Origin: a virus
Taxonomy: Duplodnaviria; Caudoviricetes
Direction: 5' to 3' (one strand)
IMG/VR virus record: IMGVR_UViG_3300032155_000032
Span: 1-38,920 of that record
DNA length: 38,920 nt
Positions 9,256-17,250 of this stretch are shown in pieces. The position numbers and the translations under genes are program-made. Numbering within the stretch: the stretch's first letter is position 1; every line of letters starts with the position of its first letter. The notes below the pieces were generated by a model. That model was not told where the DNA came from and searched no databases. It saw only the letters and a list, made by a program, of their open reading frames with translations.

Positions 9256-9684
9256 TTACGTCCGGTCCCCGCCGGGAGAAACCGAGGGGAGACCGGCGAA
9301 AAAACCGGACAGGTTGTGGCCCAGGACACCGCCTGCGATCATGAGCATGGCGGCCATGTCGATGTCCTCGAACATGAGCGCGCCGTTCGAGGCGCGCACC
9401 TTTGCCCAGCCGCCGCCGGGCTGCTTGCGTTCCACCACATCCAGGCAGATGCCCAGGACGTATTCGACGTCCGCGTCCGGCATGGACGAGACGGCGTTGG
9501 CCAGGGGCACGAGCATCACGGCCATGTCGGCGGCCTGGGGCTGCCCGCCGGAAAACGCCGCCTGCAGGCCCCCTATGTCGGCCATGGCAGAGAGGATGGG
9601 CGCGAGGCGGCGCACCACGTGGAACTGCTTCATGGCGTCTATGCGCCCGGCCTTGTAGAGTTGTCCCCGCACCTCGATTTCCAT
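9256..9684 (-). CDS. Tail assembly chaperone, G-part
   Basis: GRIDAMKQFHVVRRLAP...NLSGFF with a GGAGG RBS. Lies between the tube and tape measure genes. Confidence 0.8.
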   Translation of the reverse strand: MEIEVRGQLYKAGRIDAMKQFHVVRRLAPILSAMADIGGLQAAFSGGQPQAADMAVMLVPLANAVSSMPDADVEYVLGICLDVVERKQPGGGWAKVRASNGALMFEDIDMAAMLMIAGGVLGHNLSGFFAGLPSVSPGGDRT

Positions 9685-9687
9685 GAC

Positions 9688-9816
9688 TTACCTCCTCTTC
9701 CGGTTCTTGCGGGCGGCGCGGGCGTTGCGCGCCGCCGTATGACGGCCCTTGCGACCGCCATACGGGCGGCACAGGTGATTTCGCCGCGGCTGGAGCATGC
9801 CCAGCACCATGCTCAT
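9688..9816 (-). CDS. Small, very basic hypothetical protein (42 aa)
   Basis: ATG overlaps the tube stop (TGATG), with GGAGG upstream. Fills the tube-chaperone gap exactly. Confidence 0.45.
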   Translation of the reverse strand: MSMVLGMLQPRRNHLCRPYGGRKGRHTAARNARAARKNRKRR

Positions 9817-10268
9817 CACGCCACCTCCGGAGTACCGGTACCCAGCTTCTGGATGCACTTCCCGGAGTCGAAGACCCATTCCTGCACCCCACCTTCCTTG
9901 GCGTAGGTGTTCGGAGGCAGCTTCCTGAAGGCGCACTCCTCGCCGGTGATGTTGTCGCCGCGGGCGGCGTCGCGGATCGTGATGACGTTCTGTCCGTGGC
10001 GCGCGCTGGACGCGGTCTGGTAGTCGAAGAGGTTCTGGAGCTGCGCATTGAGCGGCGACGTCTTGAGCAGCCGGATGGTGATCGTGGCCGCGCGCGAGGC
10101 CACCAGGCTGTGCATGGCCTTGCCATCCGCGCCGGTCTTCATGATGTTCACATCCTCGACCGGCTCCACCGTGATACCCTCTTCTGCGCTCCCCTGGCCG
10201 GTAAGGGAGAAGGCGCCGCCGGGTCCGGTGATGGCGGCGCTGATGTCCATAAACGAATAGGCGCTCAT
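9816..10268 (-). CDS. Tail tube protein (DUF3277-like)
   Basis: YSFMDISAAITGPGG, AEEGITV, GADGKAMHSL and LLKTSPLNAQL motifs. Follows the sheath gene. Confidence 0.82.
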   Translation of the reverse strand: MSAYSFMDISAAITGPGGAFSLTGQGSAEEGITVEPVEDVNIMKTGADGKAMHSLVASRAATITIRLLKTSPLNAQLQNLFDYQTASSARHGQNVITIRDAARGDNITGEECAFRKLPPNTYAKEGGVQEWVFDSGKCIQKLGTGTPEVA

Positions 10269-10291
10269 GTCGTTCCTCCTGGCCTACTGGC

Positions 10292-11776
10292 CTAACGGTT
10301 CACGTCGATGATGACGTCCACGGAATGTATCGCGCCCGCGAGCTTGGCCGCCACCTGGATCGGCGAGGCCTTGCGCTGCTCGCGCTCGGACTGCGCTTGG
10401 TCGGCCACGGGCTGGGCGTAGATGTAGTAACCCTTGGGCAGATGGTCTCCGGTCTGCAGCTGGCCGAATCCATCGGCGTTCCACTGGCCGGGCGCGATCA
10501 ACCCGTTGTTCACGCCCTCCTTCATGACCGACTCCACCTGGTTCACGAGCTGGGTCATGCCCTCATCAGTCTGCGGGATCTTGGTCTTGCTCTGGTACAG
10601 ACGATTCCAGCATTCGGTCTGGACGGCGTTCTGCAGCCAGTCCAGGCCGTGGAGCTCGTCGAAGTACGCGCCGCCCGCCATGACGCCTTCCTGCAGGATG
10701 GCGGTCTCGTTCTGGTAGACGACGAAGACGTTGCAGCGCTTGTTTTCCAGCGCCGTGGCCTTGGACTCGGAGATGGTCTCGAAGGCGATGCCGGGCTCCT
10801 GCTTGAACTTGAGGGTGATGGTCGAGCGGTTGGCGTTGAAGTTCACCGTCATGGCCCTGGCAAAGGCGCTGACCACGGCGTAGGGATGCCTGCTGTACTG
10901 GGTGAAGGTGCGGTTGTACCCTTTGGCCTTGGCCTGGCTGGCCAGGTCTGCGGTGTAGGTCGAGTCGGTTACCCGGCTGTCCGTGATGGTCGCGCCGTAA
11001 ACGCGCGAGGGGCTGGTGGCCTCAACGAAGGCCGCGACCGCCAGGTGCTGGTCCACGGTCAGCGCGGTGTCGGCGAACACCGCGCAGTACCAGTCGCTGG
11101 AGAGGTCGGCCAGCTCGGCGACGCAGGCCACGGGGGTCTCCGCTGCGCGGCCCTGGACGGGCTCCAAAGCCAGGGCGGCGGTCAGACAGGCCTGGGCGCT
11201 GATGTCCGTGCCCGCGCCCGGCGCGGTCGCGTACCCGATCTCGGCGGTCTCGCCGGTGCTCACGGACTCGATCACGAACCGTTCGCCGGTCCAGACGCAG
11301 GTGCCAGGGGCGGCGGCCAGGGCCAGCTTGGCGGAGATTACCTCGGCCACGCCGTTCATGTTGGTCTCGTCGCTGAAATCCAGGCCGCTGATCGCCTGCG
11401 AATCGCCGTCGATGATGATGGAGAACGCGCCATCCTCGATGGCGGTCCAGGCGCTGGCCACGGCATCGGCGTCGGGCAGGATGCCGCCCTTGAGGCGCGC
11501 CGCGCTCGCGGTCTTGATCCAGCGGCCCACGGCCAGGATCGAGGGACGCGGCACCTGGGAGAAATGGAGCAGCGCGGCCTTGTACTCCTCGGAATCCACG
11601 CCGAAGTCCTCGACCACGCCGTCGATGTCCGAGTAGAAACGGATGCGCTCCTCGGCGTCGATGACGTCCGAGGCTCCGATGATCATTTGAATGCCGAAGT
11701 TGCGGCGCGCGGCCGCCTTGGGCTGCAAGTTGACGCTGACCCGCACCACGCGGGAGACGCTGAGTCCGTTGGCCAT
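10292..11776 (-). CDS. Tail sheath protein (DUF3383-like)
   Basis: LSVSRVVRVSV, TITLKFKQEPG, HGLDWLQNAVQ, KIPQTDEG and AGAIH motifs. Confidence 0.88.
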   Translation of the reverse strand: MANGLSVSRVVRVSVNLQPKAAARRNFGIQMIIGASDVIDAEERIRFYSDIDGVVEDFGVDSEEYKAALLHFSQVPRPSILAVGRWIKTASAARLKGGILPDADAVASAWTAIEDGAFSIIIDGDSQAISGLDFSDETNMNGVAEVISAKLALAAAPGTCVWTGERFVIESVSTGETAEIGYATAPGAGTDISAQACLTAALALEPVQGRAAETPVACVAELADLSSDWYCAVFADTALTVDQHLAVAAFVEATSPSRVYGATITDSRVTDSTYTADLASQAKAKGYNRTFTQYSRHPYAVVSAFARAMTVNFNANRSTITLKFKQEPGIAFETISESKATALENKRCNVFVVYQNETAILQEGVMAGGAYFDELHGLDWLQNAVQTECWNRLYQSKTKIPQTDEGMTQLVNQVESVMKEGVNNGLIAPGQWNADGFGQLQTGDHLPKGYYIYAQPVADQAQSEREQRKASPIQVAAKLAGAIHSVDVIIDVNR

Positions 11777-11785
11777 TGTTGCCTC

Positions 11786-12367
11786 CTACCCGGCCTCGTG
11801 GCCGGGGCTGTCGGTCTCTATGAGGTATCCCCCGCACTTCGCGAGCGAGCGCACGGGGTATCGGCTTGAAATTTCGCGCGTGATCCAGATGGTCAGGTCC
11901 ACGCGCATCACCCAGATCTGGTTCACCCGTTCAGGGGCAATTACGGGGTCGCCAAGGCCGTCCACGGCCATGCCCGCGCGGCGCAGAGGATCGCGGTTTT
12001 GCGGCACGTGCAGGGCCATGCCCAGGGCGGCGCATCGGTCCGATGCTTCGGGGCCGTAAAACGTGACCAGTATTTCCAGCTGCTCCTGCCGCGTGACGAC
12101 GTCCCCGCCGTCGTCATCCTCACCCAGCGCCTGGTGCCGCACCACCGGGTAGCCCCTGGGCGTCACCCGTGTGATGCCGAAGGCGCACCAGTCCACGTCC
12201 TGGGGCGGCGTCGCGGGCGTCCTTGGCTGCCAGCGGGGCCGCACCAAGTCGCCGGGCAGGCCGGAGCAATCCGCCAGCACGGCCTGGATCACGTCCTCGG
12301 CAGAGGTGATGCTCGGAATCCCTGTCTGCGGCGAAAGATGCCCGCCGCTGGCGCTCGTGTTGCTCAC
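11786..12367 (-). CDS. Neck or tail terminator protein
   Basis: SNTSASGGHL, GLPGDLVRPRWQ and WCAFGI motifs. GTGA overlap with the upstream gene. Confidence 0.72.
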   Translation of the reverse strand: MSNTSASGGHLSPQTGIPSITSAEDVIQAVLADCSGLPGDLVRPRWQPRTPATPPQDVDWCAFGITRVTPRGYPVVRHQALGEDDDGGDVVTRQEQLEILVTFYGPEASDRCAALGMALHVPQNRDPLRRAGMAVDGLGDPVIAPERVNQIWVMRVDLTIWITREISSRYPVRSLAKCGGYLIETDSPGHEAG

Positions 12368-12732
12368 GGCGTGCGCCCCTGTGCGTCCACGGCCGCGCAC
12401 AGCGCCACGCACCAGCCGCCGTAGTCATGGAAGTCGTCCAGGCTGATCACGCGGTACATTCTCCCGCGCCACTCCACCAGGTCGGGGGCGAGCTGCTCGG
12501 TACCCGGCGTGAGCGTGGTCAGGGAATAGACCGCGATGATCTCCGCGCTGCGGTCGCCCTCGGCCAGGCGCTCCAGCTGGCGGGGCGTGGCCGGGGCAAT
12601 AACCCCGGACATGGGCAGGATCTCGGTGGTTTCGGAGACGCGGCCATTGGCGGCCACGCTCCGGGTCGACCTGGTCACGGAAAATAGCTGCGTGAAATCG
12701 GGGTCGGTGAGCACGTCGGACACGTCAATCAT
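12364..12732 (-). CDS. Head-closure or head-tail joining protein
   Basis: IDVSDVLTDPDF...DLVEWRGRMYRV...DYGGW motif and gene order. Confidence 0.68.
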   Translation of the reverse strand: MIDVSDVLTDPDFTQLFSVTRSTRSVAANGRVSETTEILPMSGVIAPATPRQLERLAEGDRSAEIIAVYSLTTLTPGTEQLAPDLVEWRGRMYRVISLDDFHDYGGWCVALCAAVDAQGRTP

Positions 12733-13262
12733 CGGCGTTTCCTCACCTCATAGGTCACGGACTTGCGCATCTGCGCGGTGTCGATGAGCGGGTTCACCGC
12801 GCCGCGCTCGCGGCGGGAGCGCTTGCGCTTGCCGTCCTCGCCGGGATCGCTGGGAGGCCGCTTGTCCAGGGTCGCGTCCGAGAGCGGCTCCCAGTCGTTG
12901 TCCACAAACCGGGCGCGCACGCTGTTCTGGGCGATGATGCCCGCGCGATCGAGCGCGACACCCACGGCGCGCGCATGGCCGTCCAGGGCCCTCCTCGCCG
13001 CGCCGCGCAGCTGCGCGATGATCGCCTCCTGCGCCGCCCGCACGCCGGGGGCCAGGAACGGCCTGGCCGGGATATTGCGCGCGGGCGACCCGTGCTCGTG
13101 GATGAAGCCGAGCTGGGAGTTGGTCACCGCGCCGTCCTCGTCGCCGCCCCTCGCCCCCTTGGCGGCAGGGATGCCCACGACCACGATCTGCTGCGTCAGC
13201 GCGGCCATCGCCTGGCGCAGACCTGTGGTCCTGTCGGTCACGGTCTTCACGGACACCTTCAT
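12729..13262 (-). CDS. Neck or tail-completion protein (HK97 gp10-like)
   Basis: VVGIPA, IHEHGSPARNIPARPFL and PLIDTAQMRKSVTY motifs. Confidence 0.72.
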   Translation of the reverse strand: MKVSVKTVTDRTTGLRQAMAALTQQIVVVGIPAAKGARGGDEDGAVTNSQLGFIHEHGSPARNIPARPFLAPGVRAAQEAIIAQLRGAARRALDGHARAVGVALDRAGIIAQNSVRARFVDNDWEPLSDATLDKRPPSDPGEDGKRKRSRRERGAVNPLIDTAQMRKSVTYEVRKRR

Positions 13263-13651
13263 GCGATGAGTCCCCCGGCCCCCACGAGCTGCATCAAATC
13301 ATGCAGCTGCTGACCGTAAATGGTGGCGTTCCAGGCGGCGGCAGCCGGGTTGCTGGCCGTGGCCTGGCTGTAGCTCGTGGATTTGGAGACGGGCCCGACG
13401 CTCTTGCTCTCGGACGTCACTGGGCCTTTGGCAGCGCCCATGCCCCCGGTTCCGGAGGCGTCCTTGGCCGCCTCGCGCTCCAGCGTGAGGTTGTGCGCCG
13501 CGAAGAGGCACAGTCCATGGTCGAGCAGATCGCCCCAGCGCGCGGCGGACAGCCGCTTCGCGCCCACGGTCAGCCAAAACTGCACGCGGGCGTCCGGGAA
13601 CATCTCCTGACCGAACGAGGGAAACGCGGTTCGGAACCCCGTGACGTCCAC
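13259..13651 (-). CDS. DUF4054-like head-tail connector
   Basis: FRTAFPSF, LFAAHNLTL, SKSVGPVS and WNATIYGQQ motifs. Confidence 0.8.
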   Translation of the reverse strand: MDVTGFRTAFPSFGQEMFPDARVQFWLTVGAKRLSAARWGDLLDHGLCLFAAHNLTLEREAAKDASGTGGMGAAKGPVTSESKSVGPVSKSTSYSQATASNPAAAAWNATIYGQQLHDLMQLVGAGGLIA

Positions 13652-13654
13652 GTG

Positions 13655-14014
13655 TTACTCCTCGCCGCCGTCGGCGAGCGGCGGGTGGGCCTCGGCCTCG
13701 CCACCGACTTCTTCGACCGGGGTCTCCGCCTTGGGGCCGGTCTTGGCCACGGACTTGGCCTTGGTCTTGGACTTGTTCTTGGCCTTGGGCTTGGAGGGGG
13801 CCTTGGCCTTGGTCTCGGGTTTGAACTTGGGGTTGGGGCCGTCGCCGGGATCGCCCACGGCCACCACATGCGCGCGACCGTCCGCGATACAGCCCTGCAC
13901 GAACCAGTGCTCCAGCTCCTCGGCGCTCACGTCGTGCTCGCCCGGGCCGAACAGGCGCTCCTGGCCGCGCCGGAGACTCAGCTTGAACGGCTTGGTCACC
14001 ATGATCTTGGGCAT
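13655..14014 (-). CDS. Small head-associated protein with a Lys/Ala/Pro-rich tail (STY1053-like N-terminus)
   Basis: VTKPFKL...FGPGEHDV...EHWFV motif, AGGAG RBS, directly after the capsid gene. Confidence 0.6.
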   Translation of the reverse strand: MPKIMVTKPFKLSLRRGQERLFGPGEHDVSAEELEHWFVQGCIADGRAHVVAVGDPGDGPNPKFKPETKAKAPSKPKAKNKSKTKAKSVAKTGPKAETPVEEVGGEAEAHPPLADGGEE

Positions 14015-14031
14015 GTCGTTCTCCTTTCTGG

Positions 14032-14071
14032 GGACCGGCCCGCCGAAGTGGCGGGTTCGGCGGACCGGTCC
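14032..14071 (-). promoter_or_regulatory. 16-bp stem-loop after the major capsid gene
   Basis: GGACCGGTCCGCCGAA-8 nt loop-TTCGGCGGGCCGGTCC with one G-U pair and no U-tract. Confidence 0.6.
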
Positions 14072-14089
14072 GGGTCGCGGGGATGATCG

Positions 14090-15031
14090 CTACAGGCCGT
14101 CGGCGTAGCCCACGGTCTCGGGGTACACGATCTCGACCTCGCCCAGGAGGCCGAAGTAGACGCAGATCTGCGAGACGCCCTTGTACTGCAGCGGCGTGCG
14201 CTGCAGGGGCACCAGCGGGTAGCGCACGTACTCCTGGCCCTTGGCGTAGGCGACCATGCGGTCCTTGTTCGCGGTGCCGCAGCCGGTCAGCCACTTGAGG
14301 GGGTTGATCTCCAGCGGCTTGCCGTTGATCCGGTTGGAGAGGGAATTCTCGGCCACGTACTGCAGGATCGAGACGGTGCCCGCCGCGCTCACCGGCTTGG
14401 TCAGCGCGGCGAACTTCAGCGGAGGCAGCAGCACGTGGGTGGGACAGACCGCGTAGGCGGCCTGCTGCCAGGTGGCTTCGATGAGCGCGTTGATGTCGTC
14501 GAGCATCTCCTCCGGCGTGGTGTCGGCGTCCCACTCCGAGGTGATGGAGCCCGGCGTCACAGCCGCGTTGTTCACCAGCCCGGTGGCGCCCATCTCGACG
14601 TCGCCGATGTAGACCATCTCGTCGATGTCCATCTGGTTCTTCAGGCGGATGCCCTCCAGCTTCTGGGCGTCGATGGGACGGCCCAGCACTTGGGCGCGCT
14701 CCAACTCGAAGATGGTGTAGCCCAGCTCCATGCCCCACGGGCGGAGGGGCAGCACGGTCTTCTTCAGTCCCAGCGAGATGCCGGGGATCACGTTGGTGGC
14801 GTCGCCGATCCAGTTTTTGCCCGTGGGGTTGGCCCCGGGCGCGGCGAACGAGGTGTTGAGGAAGCTGGTGGCCTCGTCGGAAATGCTCACGTCCTCGCGC
14901 AGATCGATGTCGCGGCCCCAGGTAACGGAAACCAGGGGCGCATGCATGCGGGGATCGAGCCGCTCCAGTTCGCCTTCCAGGAACGCGCCGGCGGCGGACA
15001 CGGTCTGGGCGTCGTAGGTCTTCAGGGACAT
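14090..15031 (-). CDS. Major capsid protein (DUF2184-like)
   Basis: GAFLEGELERLDP, TWGRDIDLREDV, GRPIDAQK and YPETVGYADGL motifs. Confidence 0.88.
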   Translation of the reverse strand: MSLKTYDAQTVSAAGAFLEGELERLDPRMHAPLVSVTWGRDIDLREDVSISDEATSFLNTSFAAPGANPTGKNWIGDATNVIPGISLGLKKTVLPLRPWGMELGYTIFELERAQVLGRPIDAQKLEGIRLKNQMDIDEMVYIGDVEMGATGLVNNAAVTPGSITSEWDADTTPEEMLDDINALIEATWQQAAYAVCPTHVLLPPLKFAALTKPVSAAGTVSILQYVAENSLSNRINGKPLEINPLKWLTGCGTANKDRMVAYAKGQEYVRYPLVPLQRTPLQYKGVSQICVYFGLLGEVEIVYPETVGYADGL

Positions 15032-15040
15032 GTCGTACTC

Positions 15041-15520
15041 CTAGATGTTGTAGGCGATTTCGACGTTTCCGTCCGCATCGGCCGGACCCATGAAGGTCGC
15101 GTTGATGACCACGGTCTCGTCGACGGTGGCGGCGGCTTCGAGGTCGCCGACGGCCTTGCCGGTGTCGACGGCGATGCGCATGTTGACCGCGCCGCCCTTG
15201 GCCGAGGTGCCGCTGGCCAGCCGCGCGGCGAGGTAGCCGCGACGCAGCACGCCGCAGGGAGACCCGGCGCGCAGCTTGCCGTCCGTGGTCAGGCCCAGCG
15301 GGCCACCCTGGGTCGGATAGGGGCGCACCAGGAATCCGTAGAGCGCGGCGGCGGTGTCGCTGGCCGCGATGGGCACGATCTTGCCGGAGACGACCTTGAC
15401 GGGAGCCCCGAACGCGACGTCGGTCGCGCCCAGGACGCCGGGCTCGACCCCGGACTCTTCCTTGCGGGTCACTTCGCCGGGAATGCCGGACGGCATGCGG
15501 TAGAGGTAGGCATTGGACAT
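15041..15520 (-). CDS. Capsid cement or decoration protein (Gp24-like)
   Basis: AYLYRMPSGIPGEVTR, GFLVRPYP and ADADGNVEIAYNI motifs. Start could instead be 15526. Confidence 0.78.
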   Translation of the reverse strand: MSNAYLYRMPSGIPGEVTRKEESGVEPGVLGATDVAFGAPVKVVSGKIVPIAASDTAAALYGFLVRPYPTQGGPLGLTTDGKLRAGSPCGVLRRGYLAARLASGTSAKGGAVNMRIAVDTGKAVGDLEAAATVDETVVINATFMGPADADGNVEIAYNI

Positions 15521-15522
15521 GA

Positions 15523-16779
15523 TCACTTCCTCCCCTTGGAGTAGAACTCGGAGTTGGCCTTGTTGATGTCCGCCGGGGACGTGGGCCTCCCCCAGTCCTG
15601 GGTGGGGGCCTTCTTGCCGCCCAGGCCGTCGGCGGACTTCTTGTTGTTGGTGGCGCGAGCCACCTCGGAGGCGGCCAGGAACGCGGCGTCCAGCGTCAGG
15701 CAGTCGCAGTTGTCCAGCGTGGAGCCGCGCAGCGTGCCCTCGACGACGGTTTTGATCGCGGCATCCTGCATGCCCCGGCGCAGGGCGGCGCGCTGCACGG
15801 CGCAGCGTTTGTCCGCATCGGCCACGCGCATGCCCGGATAGAGCAGCTGAGCGCGGGCCTTGGTGTCGGCGTCGACCGTGCGCGCGTCGCGAGTCGGACG
15901 CGGGCCGGGCTTACGGTCTCCCGTCGGAGCGCCCTTGTGTTCGGCGGCTTCCTCGTCGTCGGCCCCCTGTTCGGGCTGCTCCTCGTCGGCCGTCTCTTCG
16001 CCTTCGGGCTCGGCCTTCTCCGCCTCGACCAGCTGGCGCACCAAAATGCCCAGCTCCTCCACCGTGGCTTCCAGGGCGGCGATGCGGTCTTCGCCCTCGT
16101 CCGTGGCCTGGACCTCGTGTTCCTCGTCCTTGGGCTTCTCGGGGCCGGGTTCAACCGCCTCGTCCAGGGCGCGGCGCGTCTTGGGGTTCTTCAGCAGCCC
16201 CAGCAGCGTGTCGGTGAAACTCCGCTTCTTTTTCGCGGGCATGGGATCCTCACATGTGTCGTTGATTTTGCAGCTCGGACCACAGCGGCCCCGGCGCACC
16301 AGGGCGATGTGGTTGCCTCGAATGTTGGTCTGCTGGCCACGTCCCGGCGAGGTCTGCTCGTAGTCCGCGTCATACCCGCAGGAGATCTCCCGCAGGCCCC
16401 CGCGCACCATGTCGATGGCTTCCCGGTCGCAAATGACCAGGTCCGCCAGGAGCAGATCGGATTCGATTCCCTCCCCGCGCCGGATGTTCTGGGCGTGGCC
16501 GACGGCCCGCTCCTTCCAGGTCAGGGGAGTCACGTCCTCGTTCGGGTGGTCCACCGTCACGGCCTTGCCCTCGAACGAGGCCATAACCTCGGACGCGAAG
16601 ACTTCTTCTTCAGTCCGCGTGATGAGCACGCGGCCCTGGGCGTCAGTCTCCACCGGGGTCTCATCCGGGGCGTACTCCATCACGCCTGTGCGCGCGATGG
16701 GCACGCCCAGACAGATCAGATAGCCCTCGGGGGTCTCGGCCATGCGAGGGGACAGCCTTGCGGCGACGTGGTAGCGCAT
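15523..16779 (-). CDS. DUF2213-like prohead protease/scaffold protein
   Basis: TPEGYLIC, IARTG, SFEGKAVTVDHP, REISCGY and NHIALVRRGRCG motifs; acidic, scaffold-like C-terminal half. Confidence 0.88.
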   Translation of the reverse strand: MRYHVAARLSPRMAETPEGYLICLGVPIARTGVMEYAPDETPVETDAQGRVLITRTEEEVFASEVMASFEGKAVTVDHPNEDVTPLTWKERAVGHAQNIRRGEGIESDLLLADLVICDREAIDMVRGGLREISCGYDADYEQTSPGRGQQTNIRGNHIALVRRGRCGPSCKINDTCEDPMPAKKKRSFTDTLLGLLKNPKTRRALDEAVEPGPEKPKDEEHEVQATDEGEDRIAALEATVEELGILVRQLVEAEKAEPEGEETADEEQPEQGADDEEAAEHKGAPTGDRKPGPRPTRDARTVDADTKARAQLLYPGMRVADADKRCAVQRAALRRGMQDAAIKTVVEGTLRGSTLDNCDCLTLDAAFLAASEVARATNNKKSADGLGGKKAPTQDWGRPTSPADINKANSEFYSKGRK

Positions 16780-16784
16780 GGGGC

Positions 16785-16827
16785 CGAATACGACGTCTCG
16801 GCCCCGGCATCTCTTAGCGTGGGGTTA
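16785..16827 (-). promoter_or_regulatory. Putative activator-dependent late promoter for head and tail genes (analogue of Mu P_I)
   Basis: TAACCCCACGCTAAGAG, then 20 nt, then TATTCG, then 5 nt to the ATG. Same architecture as 24525-24483. Confidence 0.5.
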
Positions 16828-16988
16828 TGATGTGAAGTCGGGGTGGAGTGCGATGGGGTCAGGGAGGAGAAAGGTAATCGCCTGGGTGGGGTGTTCGCGA
16901 ACGTCCGCGAACGGGTCAGGCTGCGTCGTACCCCTCCGGCCCTGCCCCGACATCGTGTCGGGAGGCTGGAACGCGGCAGACGGGAAAT

Positions 16989-17243
16989 CTAGGCGGCGGC
17001 CTCCAGCTGCTCGTCACGGATGGTCACCACGACAAACTTTCCGGCGTGCACGACCTCTCCTGTCGTGCCGAAAACGGGCTCGGCGAGGACGAACTCCACC
17101 TCATAGGCGTCGCGGCGGCCCAGCAGGTCCACGATCTCTCCGATCGAGCCCACGGGCAGGCGCACGTCTCCGCCGCCATAGGACGCGGGGCCGCTGTGCG
17201 GCTTCGTCAGGCGGACTTCGTCATGTTCCTTGAACCGTTGCAT
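16989..17243 (-). CDS. DUF4926-like protein; putative immunity protein
   Basis: FKEHDEVRL...LPVGSIGEIVD...AYEVEF...VVTIRDEQL motif; acidic, 84 aa, 7 bp after the MuF stop. Confidence 0.75.
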   Translation of the reverse strand: MQRFKEHDEVRLTKPHSGPASYGGGDVRLPVGSIGEIVDLLGRRDAYEVEFVLAEPVFGTTGEVVHAGKFVVVTIRDEQLEAAA

Positions 17244-17250
17244 ATGTTTC

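Noticed and set aside
10325-11869. 514-aa plus-strand ORF, and similar long antisense ORFs (17230-18723, 29305-30996, 31494-32990, 34173-35669)
   Set aside because: Antisense shadows of well-supported genes, expected in high-GC DNA. No recognisable motifs.
2219-13651. Tailocin or extracellular contractile injection system
   Set aside because: Capsid, portal, terminase and replication genes are all present, so this is a phage tail.
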